From assembly GCA_017396085.1 (NCBI GenBank), contig JAFQNC010000026.1, forward strand, positions 27,843-91,842: 64,000 nt of DNA. The letters are read 5' to 3'. The notes beneath the pieces are model-generated. The model saw only the letters and a program-made list of their open reading frames with translations. It was not told where the DNA came from and ran no database searches. A program made the translations under genes and the position numbers. Source of the stretch: Tidjanibacter sp. Its GTDB lineage: Bacteria; Bacteroidota; Bacteroidia; Bacteroidales; Rikenellaceae. Positions 26,762 to 37,616 of this stretch are shown here, one piece after another; the stretch's first letter is position 1; the number at the start of each line of letters is the position of its first letter.

Positions 26762-28360
26762 ATGATGAAACACAACCTTACACTCGCAATCGCCGTGCTG
26801 GCCCTCACTACTCAGGTGTGGGCACAGGGCGTGAGCAAAACTTGGGTGGCCGACCAAGGCGATGGCACCTACAAAAACCCCGTGCTCTATGCCGACTACT
26901 CCGACCCCGATGTTATCCGTGTGGGCGATGACTATTGGATGACCTCGTCTTCCTTCGACTGCGTGCCCGCATTGCAAATTCTCCACTCCACCGACCTTGT
27001 GAATTGGGAGTTTGCAGGTGCGGTAAGGAGTTATGCACCCCAAGGGGCGCAGCAACGCCACGGAGGTGGTGTGTGGGCACCCTCCATACGCTACCACGAT
27101 GGGCTCTACTACATCTACTGGGGCGACCCCGATGTGGGTATCTATATGACCACCGCCACCGACCCTCGGGGCGAGTGGAGCACCCCGCACCTTGTGTGGG
27201 AGGGCAAGGGTATCATCGACACCTGCCCCCTGTGGGACGATGACGGCAGGGCCTACCTTGTGCACGCTTGGGCCGGCTCGAGGGCTGGTTTCAAGAGCAT
27301 ACTCTCCGCCACCGAGATGACTCCCAATGGGCGTAGGCTCATTGGCGATGAGGTGCTCATTTTTGACGGACACGCCGAGCACCCCACCGTGGAGGGCCCC
27401 AAGTTCTACAAGCGAGATGGGTGGTACTACGTGTTTGCACCCGCAGGTGGCGTGAAGGAGGGTTGGCAGATTGTGTTGCGCTCACGTGAGCCACTCGGCA
27501 AATATGAGTGTCGCAAGGTGCTCCATCAGGGCGACACCGACATCCACGGCCCCCATCAGGGCGGTTGGGTTACCGACACCGCAGGGCAGAGTTGGTTCCT
27601 CCACTTTGAGGACCGCTATGCCTATGGTCGTGTGGTACACCTCCAACCTATGGAGTGGACCGCCGATGGGTGGTGTACGATGGGTGTGGACACCAACAAA
27701 GACGGCATTGGCGAGCCCGTGAAGAGTTACCGCAAGCCCCACAGCAACGTGCCCACAAAGATATGCAGCCCCACCGAGGGAGATGAGTTCAACACCACCA
27801 CCCTTGGGCTGCAATGGCAGTGGTTTGGTAGCCACGGCCAAAGGGATTGGGCTATGCTTTCGCCCGATGGGTTCCTGCGACTCTACTGCCGCCCCTACGA
27901 CAACCTCTACGAGGCGCAAAATCTTCTTTGCCAAAAGATTACCGCCCCCAAGCAGACCATCACCGCAAAGGTGCGCTTTGTGTCCGGTGTGGATGGCGAC
28001 CGTGCGGGAGTGATTGTCCACGGCAGGGACTACGCCACCTTGTCGCTGGTGCGCACCGATGGCAAGATGCGCCTTGTGCAGACCATCTGCGAGGGTGCCG
28101 ATAAGGGTATGGGCGAGCGCATTGTGGAGGAAAAACCCTTCTCACACGAGGGGTGGATGTACCTGCGTGTGGAGATTGCCGAGGGGTGCAAGTGCAGGTT
28201 CTTCTACTCCACCAATGGCAAGCGTTGGGAGCCTCTGTGGGAGGAGTTCACCGCCAAATGGGGTGTGTGGATTGGAGCCAAGTGGGGGCTGTTTGCCGTA
28301 ACCAAGGGCAAGACCAACGATGGTGGCCGTATGGACATCGACTGGGTGAGAGTGGAATAG
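26762..28360 (+). CDS. GH43 beta-xylosidase / alpha-L-arabinofuranosidase
   Basis: Signal peptide; NPVLYADYSDPDV, WAPSI, IDTCP, EGPKFY and HQGG motifs; C-terminal beta-sandwich. Confidence 0.92.
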   Translation: MMKHNLTLAIAVLALTTQVWAQGVSKTWVADQGDGTYKNPVLYADYSDPDVIRVGDDYWMTSSSFDCVPALQILHSTDLVNWEFAGAVRSYAPQGAQQRHGGGVWAPSIRYHDGLYYIYWGDPDVGIYMTTATDPRGEWSTPHLVWEGKGIIDTCPLWDDDGRAYLVHAWAGSRAGFKSILSATEMTPNGRRLIGDEVLIFDGHAEHPTVEGPKFYKRDGWYYVFAPAGGVKEGWQIVLRSREPLGKYECRKVLHQGDTDIHGPHQGGWVTDTAGQSWFLHFEDRYAYGRVVHLQPMEWTADGWCTMGVDTNKDGIGEPVKSYRKPHSNVPTKICSPTEGDEFNTTTLGLQWQWFGSHGQRDWAMLSPDGFLRLYCRPYDNLYEAQNLLCQKITAPKQTITAKVRFVSGVDGDRAGVIVHGRDYATLSLVRTDGKMRLVQTICEGADKGMGERIVEEKPFSHEGWMYLRVEIAEGCKCRFFYSTNGKRWEPLWEEFTAKWGVWIGAKWGLFAVTKGKTNDGGRMDIDWVRVE

Positions 28361-28401
28361 ACCGAGAGTGGCGGGCTGCTTACCGCAACGCACAAAAGAA
28401 A

Positions 28402-28437
28402 AGTAGGGTGTGTCAGTTCAACACACCCTACTGTTTT
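28402..28437. terminator. Bidirectional terminator between convergent GH43 and CE1
   Basis: AGTAGGGTGTGT...ACACACCCTACT stem flanked by A- and T-runs. Confidence 0.8.
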
Positions 28438-28457
28438 ATCAGATGGTTTCTTTCTGA

Positions 28458-29600
<1,143 letters not shown>

Positions 29601-29617
29601 TTAGGGTTTTGGGGGAT

Positions 29618-30170
29618 GGTATGACGAATAGGAGTGATAGGAGTAATACCGCTTAGCAGCCCCACCCAAGAACTCCTCCCCTACGATAGGGGAGGTCGGG
29701 AGGGGTGGTCGTAATTGCAATCAGCGGCTCCGCCGCAACTATGGCGGCTAGGTCTACTAGGGCCTTTAGGGGCTTTAAGGGCTTTAAGGGCTTTAAGGGG
29801 CTGGTATGACGCCTAGGAGTGATAGGAGTAATACCGCTTGGCAGCCCCACCCAAGAACTCCTCCCCTACGATAGGGGAGGTCGGGAGGGGTGGTCGTAAT
29901 TGCAATCAGCGGTTCCGCCGCAACTAGGGCGGCTAGGACTACTAGGGGGCTTTAAGGGCTTTAAGGGCTTTAAGGGGCTGGTATGACGCCTAGGAGTGAT
30001 AGGAGTGATACCGCTTGGCAGCCTCACCCAAGAACTCCTCCCCTACGATAGGGGAGGTCGGGAGGGGTGGTCGAAATTGCAATCAGCGGCTCCGCCGCAA
30101 CTAGGGCGGCTAGGTCTACTAGGGGCGTTAAGGGCTTTAAGGGCTTTAAGGACCTTAAGGCCTTAAGGTC
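29618..30170. repeat. Three tandem ~180-bp composite repeat units
   Basis: Units start at 29618, 29803 and 29980; each has hairpin A (29672, 29857, 30034) and a (TTAAGGGCT)n array. Confidence 0.92.
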
Positions 30171-30196
30171 CTCCGGGGCTTTGGGCCCTAAACTAA

Positions 30197-30634
30197 CTAC
30201 TCCTCAACGATGGTGATGGAAAAGATGAGGTCACCGGGGCGGATGTCGTCAATCACGTCTACCCCCTCCACCACCTTGCCGAAACAGGTGTGAACACCAT
30301 CAAGGTGTTGGGTGTTCATTCGGTTGTGGCAGATGAAGAACTGCGAGCCACCGGTATCCTTACCCCTGTGGGCCATTGAGAGCACACCCCTATCGTGGTA
30401 CTGGCGCTCGGCCGAGGTCTCACAAGGGATGGTGTAGCCGGGGCCTCCCGCACCGTTACCAATGGGGCAGCCGCCCTGAATCACAAAGTCGGGAATAACG
30501 CGGTGGAACGTGAGGCCATCGTAGAACCTCTCGGTCGCAAGGCGCACAAAGTTGGCCACAGTAATGGGGGTCTCCTTCTCATAGAGCTCCACCTTCATAT
30601 CACCCTTTTCGGTGGAAATAAGTGCAAATTTCAT
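30197..30634 (-). CDS. ppiA: Cyclophilin-type peptidyl-prolyl isomerase
   Basis: [37 protein letters not shown] and [10 protein letters not shown] motifs. Confidence 0.95.
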   Translation of the reverse strand: MKFALISTEKGDMKVELYEKETPITVANFVRLATERFYDGLTFHRVIPDFVIQGGCPIGNGAGGPGYTIPCETSAERQYHDRGVLSMAHRGKDTGGSQFFICHNRMNTQHLDGVHTCFGKVVEGVDVIDDIRPGDLIFSITIVEE

Positions 30635-30658
30635 AGTGTTTGTTTTTTATTTGACCTA

Positions 30659-30695
30659 CAAATATACAAATTTCCGTTTTCTTTTCTTACCTTTG
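30659..30695. promoter_or_regulatory. Back-to-back -7 elements for ppiA (minus) and yhaM (plus)
   Basis: CAAATATA at 30659-30666 (TATATTTG on minus) and TACCTTTG at 30688-30695. Confidence 0.7.
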
Positions 30696-30730
30696 ACCGA
30701 ATATACTCCACACTTTAAGGCAAAAAAGTT

Positions 30731-32023
30731 ATGTTGTCCACCGAGAGTCGCAGGGCCATCCGCGCCCTCATCCAGCAGGAAGTTGTACCCGCAATGGGGT
30801 GTACCGAGCCCATAGCCGTGTCGTTGTGTACCGCACGAGCCACCGAAACCCTCGGCCACCTGCCCGAAAAAATCACCGTACTGCTCAGTCCCAATGTGCT
30901 CAAAAACGCAATGGGAGTGGGTATCCCCGGAACGGATATGATTGGCCTGCCCATAGCCATCGCTTTGGGTGCCATCGTGGGCAAGAGTGCCTACGGACTG
31001 GAGGTGCTCAAAGAGGTGTGCCCCGAGGCTGTGGCACAAGGCGAGCAGATGATTGCCGAGGGGCGCATACAGGTGGGGCTCAAAGAGGGCGGCTGCGATA
31101 TGCTCTACATTGAGGTGGTGGCCGAAGGCGAGGGCAACAAGGCCGTGGCTGTGATTTCGGGTGCCCACACCAACTTTGTCTACATCGAGCGCAACGGAGC
31201 CGTCATCTCCGACCACCGCACACCCGCAGTGGGGGCCGTGGAGACAAAGAGTATCCCCCTCAACCTGCGCACCGTGTGGGACTACGCAATGGAGTCGCCA
31301 CTGGAGGAGTTGGAGTTCATCCTTGAGGCCCGCACGCTCAACAAGGCCGCAGCCGATGAGTCGCTGCGTGGCGAGTGGGGCCACTGCTTGGGCCGCACCC
31401 TCCAGCAGAGCGCACAAAGTCTGCGCATTATGGGCGACACCACCCTCTCGCATATGATTTCCTACACCTCCGCAGCGTGTGATGCACGTATGGGCGGAGC
31501 CAAAATACCCGTGATGAGCAACTCCGGTAGTGGCAACCAAGGCATTGTGAGTACCCTTCCCGTGGTGGTCTATGCCGAGGATATGGGCTGTAGCGAGGAG
31601 CAACTGGTGCGTGCGCTGGTGCTCTCCCACCTCACGGTCATCTACATCAAGCAGAGCCTCGGTCGTCTTTCGGCCCTGTGTGGGTGCGTTGTGGCCTCCA
31701 CGGGCTCCAGTTGCGGCATCACCTACCTGATGGGTGGTGGCTACACCGAGGTGGCTATGGCGGTGAAAAATATGGTGGCCACGCTGACGGGTATGATTTG
31801 TGATGGTGCAAAGCCGAGTTGTGCGCTCAAACTCTCAAGTGCGGTTTCTACGGCAGTGATGGCTGCCACGATGGCGGTGGAACACCACTGCGTGTCGGCC
31901 TACGAGGGCATTGTGGATGACGATGTGGACCGCTCCATCCTCAACCTCACCAGCATCGGCTCACGCGGTATGCTTGAGACCGACAAGATGATTCTCAACA
32001 TTATGACACACAAGGGGAGTTGA
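30731..32023 (+). CDS. yhaM: UPF0597/YhaM (CyuA-like) L-cysteine desulfidase, serine dehydratase alpha family
   Basis: PAMGCTEP, KNAMGVGIPG, DARMGG, SNSGSGNQG and CDGAKPSCALK motifs. Confidence 0.85.
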   Translation: MLSTESRRAIRALIQQEVVPAMGCTEPIAVSLCTARATETLGHLPEKITVLLSPNVLKNAMGVGIPGTDMIGLPIAIALGAIVGKSAYGLEVLKEVCPEAVAQGEQMIAEGRIQVGLKEGGCDMLYIEVVAEGEGNKAVAVISGAHTNFVYIERNGAVISDHRTPAVGAVETKSIPLNLRTVWDYAMESPLEELEFILEARTLNKAAADESLRGEWGHCLGRTLQQSAQSLRIMGDTTLSHMISYTSAACDARMGGAKIPVMSNSGSGNQGIVSTLPVVVYAEDMGCSEEQLVRALVLSHLTVIYIKQSLGRLSALCGCVVASTGSSCGITYLMGGGYTEVAMAVKNMVATLTGMICDGAKPSCALKLSSAVSTAVMAATMAVEHHCVSAYEGIVDDDVDRSILNLTSIGSRGMLETDKMILNIMTHKGS

Positions 32024-32089
32024 GAAATTCAAAATTTTTTAGAATGGGCAAGAAGGGCTGGCTATCTCTCCCAGAAGGCCCAGAAGGCC

Positions 32090-32131
32090 TTAAGGGCTTT
32101 AAGGGCTTTAAGGCCCTTAAAAAAAGACGTT
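32090..32131 (+). repeat. 42-bp direct repeat, left copy
   Basis: TTAAGGGCTTTAAGGGCTTTAAGGCCCTTAAAAAAAGACGTT, identical to 50447-50488. Confidence 0.9.
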
Positions 32132-32154
32132 AGACAACACTCATATACGAAGCA

Positions 32155-32754
32155 ATGGACAAGTCGCCACAAGAGATTAGTGCCGGCATAAGGGCCGGAG
32201 AAGAGTGGGCCTATCGTATGCTCTACGATGCCCACTACGAACTCTTGTGTCGCATTGCCTACGACTATGTCAAAGACACCTATCTGGCCGAAACAATCGT
32301 TGGCGACACCATTTTCCACATCTGGGAAAGGCGCGAAACACTCGACATACAAGGCCCCATAAGGCGTTATCTCATCAGGGCCGTGCGCAACCGTTGCTTG
32401 GACTTTCTCGCATCGCAGTATGTGCGCCGTACCATATCCGAGGGCGATGTGAACTCCTCCAACGAAGAGCATACCGACCTGCTTGACGGCGTGGAGGAAA
32501 TCAGCCCCCTTGGTATTCTGCTCGAAAGAGAGTTGGAAGACAAGGTGGTGGAAGCTGTGGAGCAGTTGCCCAAAGAGTGCCGAGCGGTGTTTGAGAAGAG
32601 CCGCTTTGAGGGGCTATCCTATCAGGAAATTGCCGATTCACTGGGCATTTCGGTCAATACCGTGAAATATCACATCAAGGCGGCTATCGCACGCATCTAC
32701 AACCACTTGGAGCGCTATCTGCTGGTGCTCGCCGTGGGTTGCATCTTTTTCTAA
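32155..32754 (+). CDS. ECF RNA polymerase sigma factor (Bacteroidetes PUL type)
   Basis: AETIVGDTIFHIWE, YLIRAVRNRCLD and SRFEGLSYQEIADSLGISVNTVKYHI; adjacent to FecR. Confidence 0.94.
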   Translation: MDKSPQEISAGIRAGEEWAYRMLYDAHYELLCRIAYDYVKDTYLAETIVGDTIFHIWERRETLDIQGPIRRYLIRAVRNRCLDFLASQYVRRTISEGDVNSSNEEHTDLLDGVEEISPLGILLERELEDKVVEAVEQLPKECRAVFEKSRFEGLSYQEIADSLGISVNTVKYHIKAAIARIYNHLERYLLVLAVGCIFF

Positions 32755-32774
32755 GAAAAAAACTCACTTTTTCA

Positions 32775-32806
32775 CTACCCTCCGAAGGAGGAATTTCGTC
32801 TAATAT
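32775..32806 (+). promoter_or_regulatory. Candidate ECF-dependent promoter for fecR
   Basis: CTACCCT-N16-GTCTAATAT; same layout as 34102-34133. Confidence 0.6.
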
Positions 32807-32830
32807 ATAAGACCGAGTCATTCACACACT

Positions 32831-33829
32831 ATGAACCTCTTTAATGACCAAATCGAAGGCCTCGTGGAGGCCTACCTGACAGACACCATCACTGCCGAAG
32901 AGTTGGCTGTGTTGAACACTTGGGTTTCAGCCAGCGCCGAGAACACTCAACTCTTTGAGCGCATTAGGGAGGTGTGGTTTTCAATGTCGGCAGCCAATCG
33001 CAACTTGGTTTTCGACTCCCACAAAGGCTATCAGAAATTCATCAAAAGGGTACACCGTGCACAGCGCAAGAGTTTGCGTAGCAAGGCGTTGCCCTTTGTT
33101 CGTTTGGCCACAGCAGCGGCTGCCGTGGTGGCACTCGTTGTGGTGGGCTACGTGGGTGGTCGCCACGAGGTGGAGTCCCGCTTTGAGCAGATTGTAACCG
33201 AGGCCCCGCTGGGAGCGACCTCGCAGGTGGTGCTGCCCGATGGCTCACAGGTGGTCCTCAATGCAGGCTCACGCATTGTCTACTCGCAAGGCTTCGGTGT
33301 GAACGACCGCAACATCAGCCTCTGTGGCGAAGGCTACTTTGAGGTGGCACGCAATGAGGATATGCCCTTTGTGGTGGAGAGCGACCATATGAGGGTGGAA
33401 GTGTTGGGCACCAAGTTCAATATGTGCGACTATGCCGAGGACCAAGAGGCTGCGGTGGCACTGGTGGAGGGCAAGGTAGACGTAACCAACCGTTACGACA
33501 ACATCCACGTGGAGATTACGCCCGACACACGTGCCGTCATTGACAACCGCACCCACTCTATGTCGGTGTCCAAAACCTCCGCCAGCGAAAACGTGCTTTG
33601 GCGTGAGGGCGTGCTCTACTTTGACGAGGAGCCTTTGGCCGACATCGCACGTGAGTTGGAGAGGTGCTACGGGGTGGACATTGCGATTGAGAACCCGCTG
33701 CTGAACGACTACAAGTTCTATGGCAAATTGCCCTCGCGACAACTCTCCATCGGGGAGGTGCTGGAGATTCTCTCCTCGGCAGGCGAGGTGGACTACTCCA
33801 TTGAGGGCCGACACATCACGCTCCTATAA
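32831..33829 (+). CDS. FecR-family anti-sigma factor
   Basis: TM helix; LPDGSQVVLNAGS, GEGYFEV, VLGTKFN and C-terminal DUF4974-like domain. Confidence 0.94.
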   Translation: MNLFNDQIEGLVEAYLTDTITAEELAVLNTWVSASAENTQLFERIREVWFSMSAANRNLVFDSHKGYQKFIKRVHRAQRKSLRSKALPFVRLATAAAAVVALVVVGYVGGRHEVESRFEQIVTEAPLGATSQVVLPDGSQVVLNAGSRIVYSQGFGVNDRNISLCGEGYFEVARNEDMPFVVESDHMRVEVLGTKFNMCDYAEDQEAAVALVEGKVDVTNRYDNIHVEITPDTRAVIDNRTHSMSVSKTSASENVLWREGVLYFDEEPLADIARELERCYGVDIAIENPLLNDYKFYGKLPSRQLSIGEVLEILSSAGEVDYSIEGRHITLL

Positions 33830-33983
33830 TCAAGTGCAGGAGCCATAACACAACAAGAGAACCTAAAGATTTATATTACAATCACAGCACTACAAAATCA
33901 ACCTAAAAAACGACATTGATAACCATACCTCAGAAAACGACAACTATTCGGAACTATTGTTAGTACCCTCATAGAGTTGGGAT

Positions 33984-34071
33984 AAAAAGAACCGAGGAAT
34001 CTCGCACATTCCCCGGTTCGCAAAAAAATCTCAACTCTATGCCCTTTGTACAGGTTTGCACAAGAAAAGAT
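33984..34071 (-). ncRNA. Predicted cis-antisense sRNA divergent from susC (boundaries approximate)
   Basis: Minus-strand -7 TATCTTTG (34077-34084); minus-strand terminator hairpin 33989-34019 followed by a U-run (33984-33988). Confidence 0.45.
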
Positions 34072-34101
34072 TTCCGCAAAGATAGGAAAAATTGCTTATT
34101 T

Positions 34102-34133
34102 CCACCCTATTGCAGAAGTCCAAAGTGCAATAT
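34102..34133 (+). promoter_or_regulatory. Candidate ECF-dependent promoter for susC
   Basis: CCACCCT-N16-GTGCAATAT. Confidence 0.6.
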
Positions 34134-34192
34134 TTATTAAGCAATTTAACTATTTCCGTCTATTAACACAAAATAATTCAATAAGTCAGTCT

Positions 34193-37100
34193 ATGAAAAG
34201 GAACTTAATTTTGCTCCTTTGGGCCCTGCTATTCACCATTGGGATGTCGGCCCAGAATAAACCCCTCTCGCTCAAACTTGATGGGGTGAGCGTGAAGAGC
34301 GCAATGGAAGCCCTCTCGGAGCAGAGTGGCTACACCTTCTTCTACAAGGTGGGCGAGGTGGACACCTCAAAGAGTGTCAGCATCAACGCCACCCGCATTG
34401 AGGAAGCCATCGGACAAATCTTGGCCGGTCAAAACGATGTGGCCTACGAAATTCAGGGCAACACTATCGTGGTGTCGAAAAAGGCCCCGCAGGCTCCAAA
34501 GAGCCAAAAGGCGCACGCATCCGGCGGTCAAGTGGAGGGTAATGTCTACGACAGTCAGAATAATCCTCTGGTGGGTGTGGTGGTGATGACCACCGATGGC
34601 GCCCACGCCGTAACCACCGACACCAAAGGCCACTTTGCCATCGCCGCCAAGAAGGACACCGTGTTGGAGTTTTCGTGTCTGGGCTATGCCACACGCACCG
34701 AAAAAGTCGGCACCCGCACCAATATGCGCATTGTGTTGGCCGATGACGTGCAGCAAATGGAGGCTGTGGTGGTTGTGGGCTATGGCACCCAAAAGAAGGT
34801 AAACCTCACCGGCTCGGTCTCTATGGTCAATAGTGAGGACCTCGAGGCGAGGCCTATCTCCAATGTGGCCAACGGTTTGCAGGGTATTCTCCCCGGCGTT
34901 ACCGTAACCAGCGCATCGGCACAGCCCGGTGAGTCCAACGCCACCATCAGGGTGAGGGGTGTGGGTACGCTCGGCAACTCCAACCCGTTGATTTTGATTG
35001 ATGGTGTGGAGGGCGACATCTCGGTCCTCAACCCCGAGGATATTGAGAGCGTGTCGGTGCTGAAGGATGCAGCCTCGGCCTCAATCTATGGTGCGAGGGG
35101 TGCAAATGGTGTGTTGCTCGTTACCACCAAAAAGCTCGGTAGTGGCGAGAAAATCCGCCCCTCGGTAACCTTCAACTCCTATGTGGGTGTGCAGACCCCC
35201 ACCCGATTGCCCGAAATGTGTGATGCCATTGAGTTTATGACCCTCGACAACGAGGCCCGTAGCAACATCGGCAACGCCATTGCGTGGCTTGACGATGCAT
35301 TCGACAAGGTGCGCACAGGCTCCGACCCCAACAACTTCGCCAACACCGACTGGCTCGGTGCGGTGCTGAAACCCAGCGCAATGCAGCAGAACTATGGTTT
35401 GAGCATCAATGGCAGTATGGGCGACAGCGGCTATATGCTCTCATACCGATTTTTCGACCAAGATGGTCTGACCGTGGGTAGCACCACAGGCGAGCAGAGG
35501 CACAACCTGCGCTACAAGATGGACACCAAGTTGCTCGACAAACTCACCCTTTCGTCAAACGTGGGCTATACCGCACGCAACATTGTGGCTCCCATCAACT
35601 CGCTCGTCAGTGGCGGTGGCGCAATCTACACCGCAATGCGTATCGCCCCCAACGCCCCCATCTACTACACCGATGGCACTTGGGCCTATGGTGGCGGTAA
35701 CACCAACCCCGTGGCCACCCTCACCGATGGCGGCTACAGCAAAACCTCGGCCGAAGAGGTGTCGGTGTTGGAGGTGCTCCGCTATGACATCAACAAGAGT
35801 TGGAATGTGAGCGCAACCTACAACCTCACATCCACCAACTCACTCCGTGATATACTCAAAAAGACCATCCGCTTCGTACACCCCGATTCGGGCCGAGTGG
35901 TGGAGGTAAACGCCCCCAATCAGGTGAAAAACATTGACGTGAGGGCACAGCAGCAGACCTTCATCTTGCAGAGCAACTTCGACTTCTCGGTGGGCAACCA
36001 CAACATCAGTGGCGTGGTGGGTATGTCGCAAGAGTGGTATGTGTATCGCTCCTTTGACGCCTCACGCAACAACCTCGTAACCGAATTCAACCCCACCATC
36101 AACCTCGGCGATGCCTCAACAATGAGCAACAACGCCTCGGCCAAACAGTGGGCCATTCGCTCCGGTTTCGGACGTTTGAGTTACAACTACGACGAGAGGT
36201 ACCTCTTTGAGATGAATATGCGCTACGACCTCTCCTCGCGTTTCCACCGCGACAATCGTGCGGGCTTGTTCCCCTCGTTTTCGGCAGGTTGGAGGGTGAG
36301 CGAAGAGGATTTTATGGCCTCCACCGAGGAGTGGCTCGACAACCTCAAATTGAGGGCTTCGTGGGGTAGGCTCGGCAACCAGTATGTTGGCTCGTCAAAC
36401 ACCCCCTACCTCTAACCTGACCGCCTACACCGATGACATCTCGCTCATCGGTGGCGGTGCCACCACGGGCTACACCCAATCGGTGCTCTCCAACCCCTTG
36501 CTCACTTGGGAAACCATCACGATGACCGATTTCGGCTTTGACCTCACAATGTTCAAAAACCGTTTCTCGCTCTCGTTTGACTGGTTCACCAAAGACACCG
36601 ATGGTATTCTGCTCAAACTCAACTACCCCGCACAGATTGGTGCAACCCCCTCCGAGGAGAACGCCGGCAAGATGAACAACACCGGTTGGGAGATTGATAT
36701 GGCTTGGAGGGACAAGGTTGGCGAAGTGCGCTACGGCTTTGGCTTCAACCTCTCGGATGTGAAGAACAAAATCACCGACTTGGCAGGCAACGCTCCCGAT
36801 TTGAGTGGCGACCAAGTGAGGGTTGTGGGCCTTCCCATTGACGCCTTCTATGGCTATGAGGCTATCGGTCTGATGACTCCCGAGGATTTCAAAATCTACG
36901 ACCCGAATACCGGTCAGGCTGCCCTGCCCAACATTCCCATTGTGTTGGGTAACGCCTACCAGCCCGGCGACATCAAATATAGGGACATCAGCGGCCCCAA
37001 TGGTAAACCCGATGGCCGCATCACCCCCGAGTATGACAAGAAGTACATCGGTAGCAACATCCCCCGCTACACCTACAGTTTCCGTGGCGATGTTGCGTGG

Positions 37101-37550
37101 AGAGGCTTCGACTTCAGTTTCAACCTCCAAGGTGTGGGTAAGTGTGATGGCTACCTCAAAGGCTCGGCACGCCACGCCTTGCAGGATATGGCCGCCTATC
37201 CACAAAAAGTACACTTGGAGCGTTACCACTACCTGAACAACCCCAATCCCAACACGACTTACCCTCGTTTGACCTACAACACCAAGTTTAATCAGGAGAC
37301 CTTCTCGACCTTCTGGTTGGAAGATGCCTCCTACCTCCGTTTGAAGAACATCCAGCTCGGCTACACCCTGCCCTCGGCCATCACCAAGAAGGCCAAAGTG
37401 GACAAGTGCCGCATCTACATCTCGGCCGACAACCTGCTGACCGTGAGCGATTTCTTCTACGCCTACGACCCCGAGACCCCCGTGTCGAGCGGTGGCTACT
37501 ACCCGCAAGTTAAGACCTGTGTGCTCGGTGTTAGCATCACCTTCCGATAG
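34193..37550 (+). pseudogene. susC: SusC-family TonB-dependent transducer (STN domain) split by a frameshift near 36402-36415
   Basis: N-part 34193-36415 (STN, plug, barrel to RASWGRLGNQYVGSSNTPYL-stop); the barrel continues in the +1 frame (SNLTAY...NPLLTWET...GVSITFR) to 37550. Confidence 0.8.
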
Positions 37551-37616
37551 AGGGAGCGACCCTACCATAGGACAACAACGTGTTGAACGAACAAACAAGA
37601 CAAAAGAGAGAGAGTT

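Noticed and set aside
29618-30170. Tandem array as a CRISPR
   Set aside because: Units are about 180 bp and near-identical throughout, with no unique spacers and no cas genes.
36407-36416. CTC TAA C as an RF2-like programmed +1 frameshift
   Set aside because: The prfB site is CTT TGA C, where re-pairing is possible. CUC to UCU re-pairing is poor and no stimulatory element is visible; an indel is simpler.
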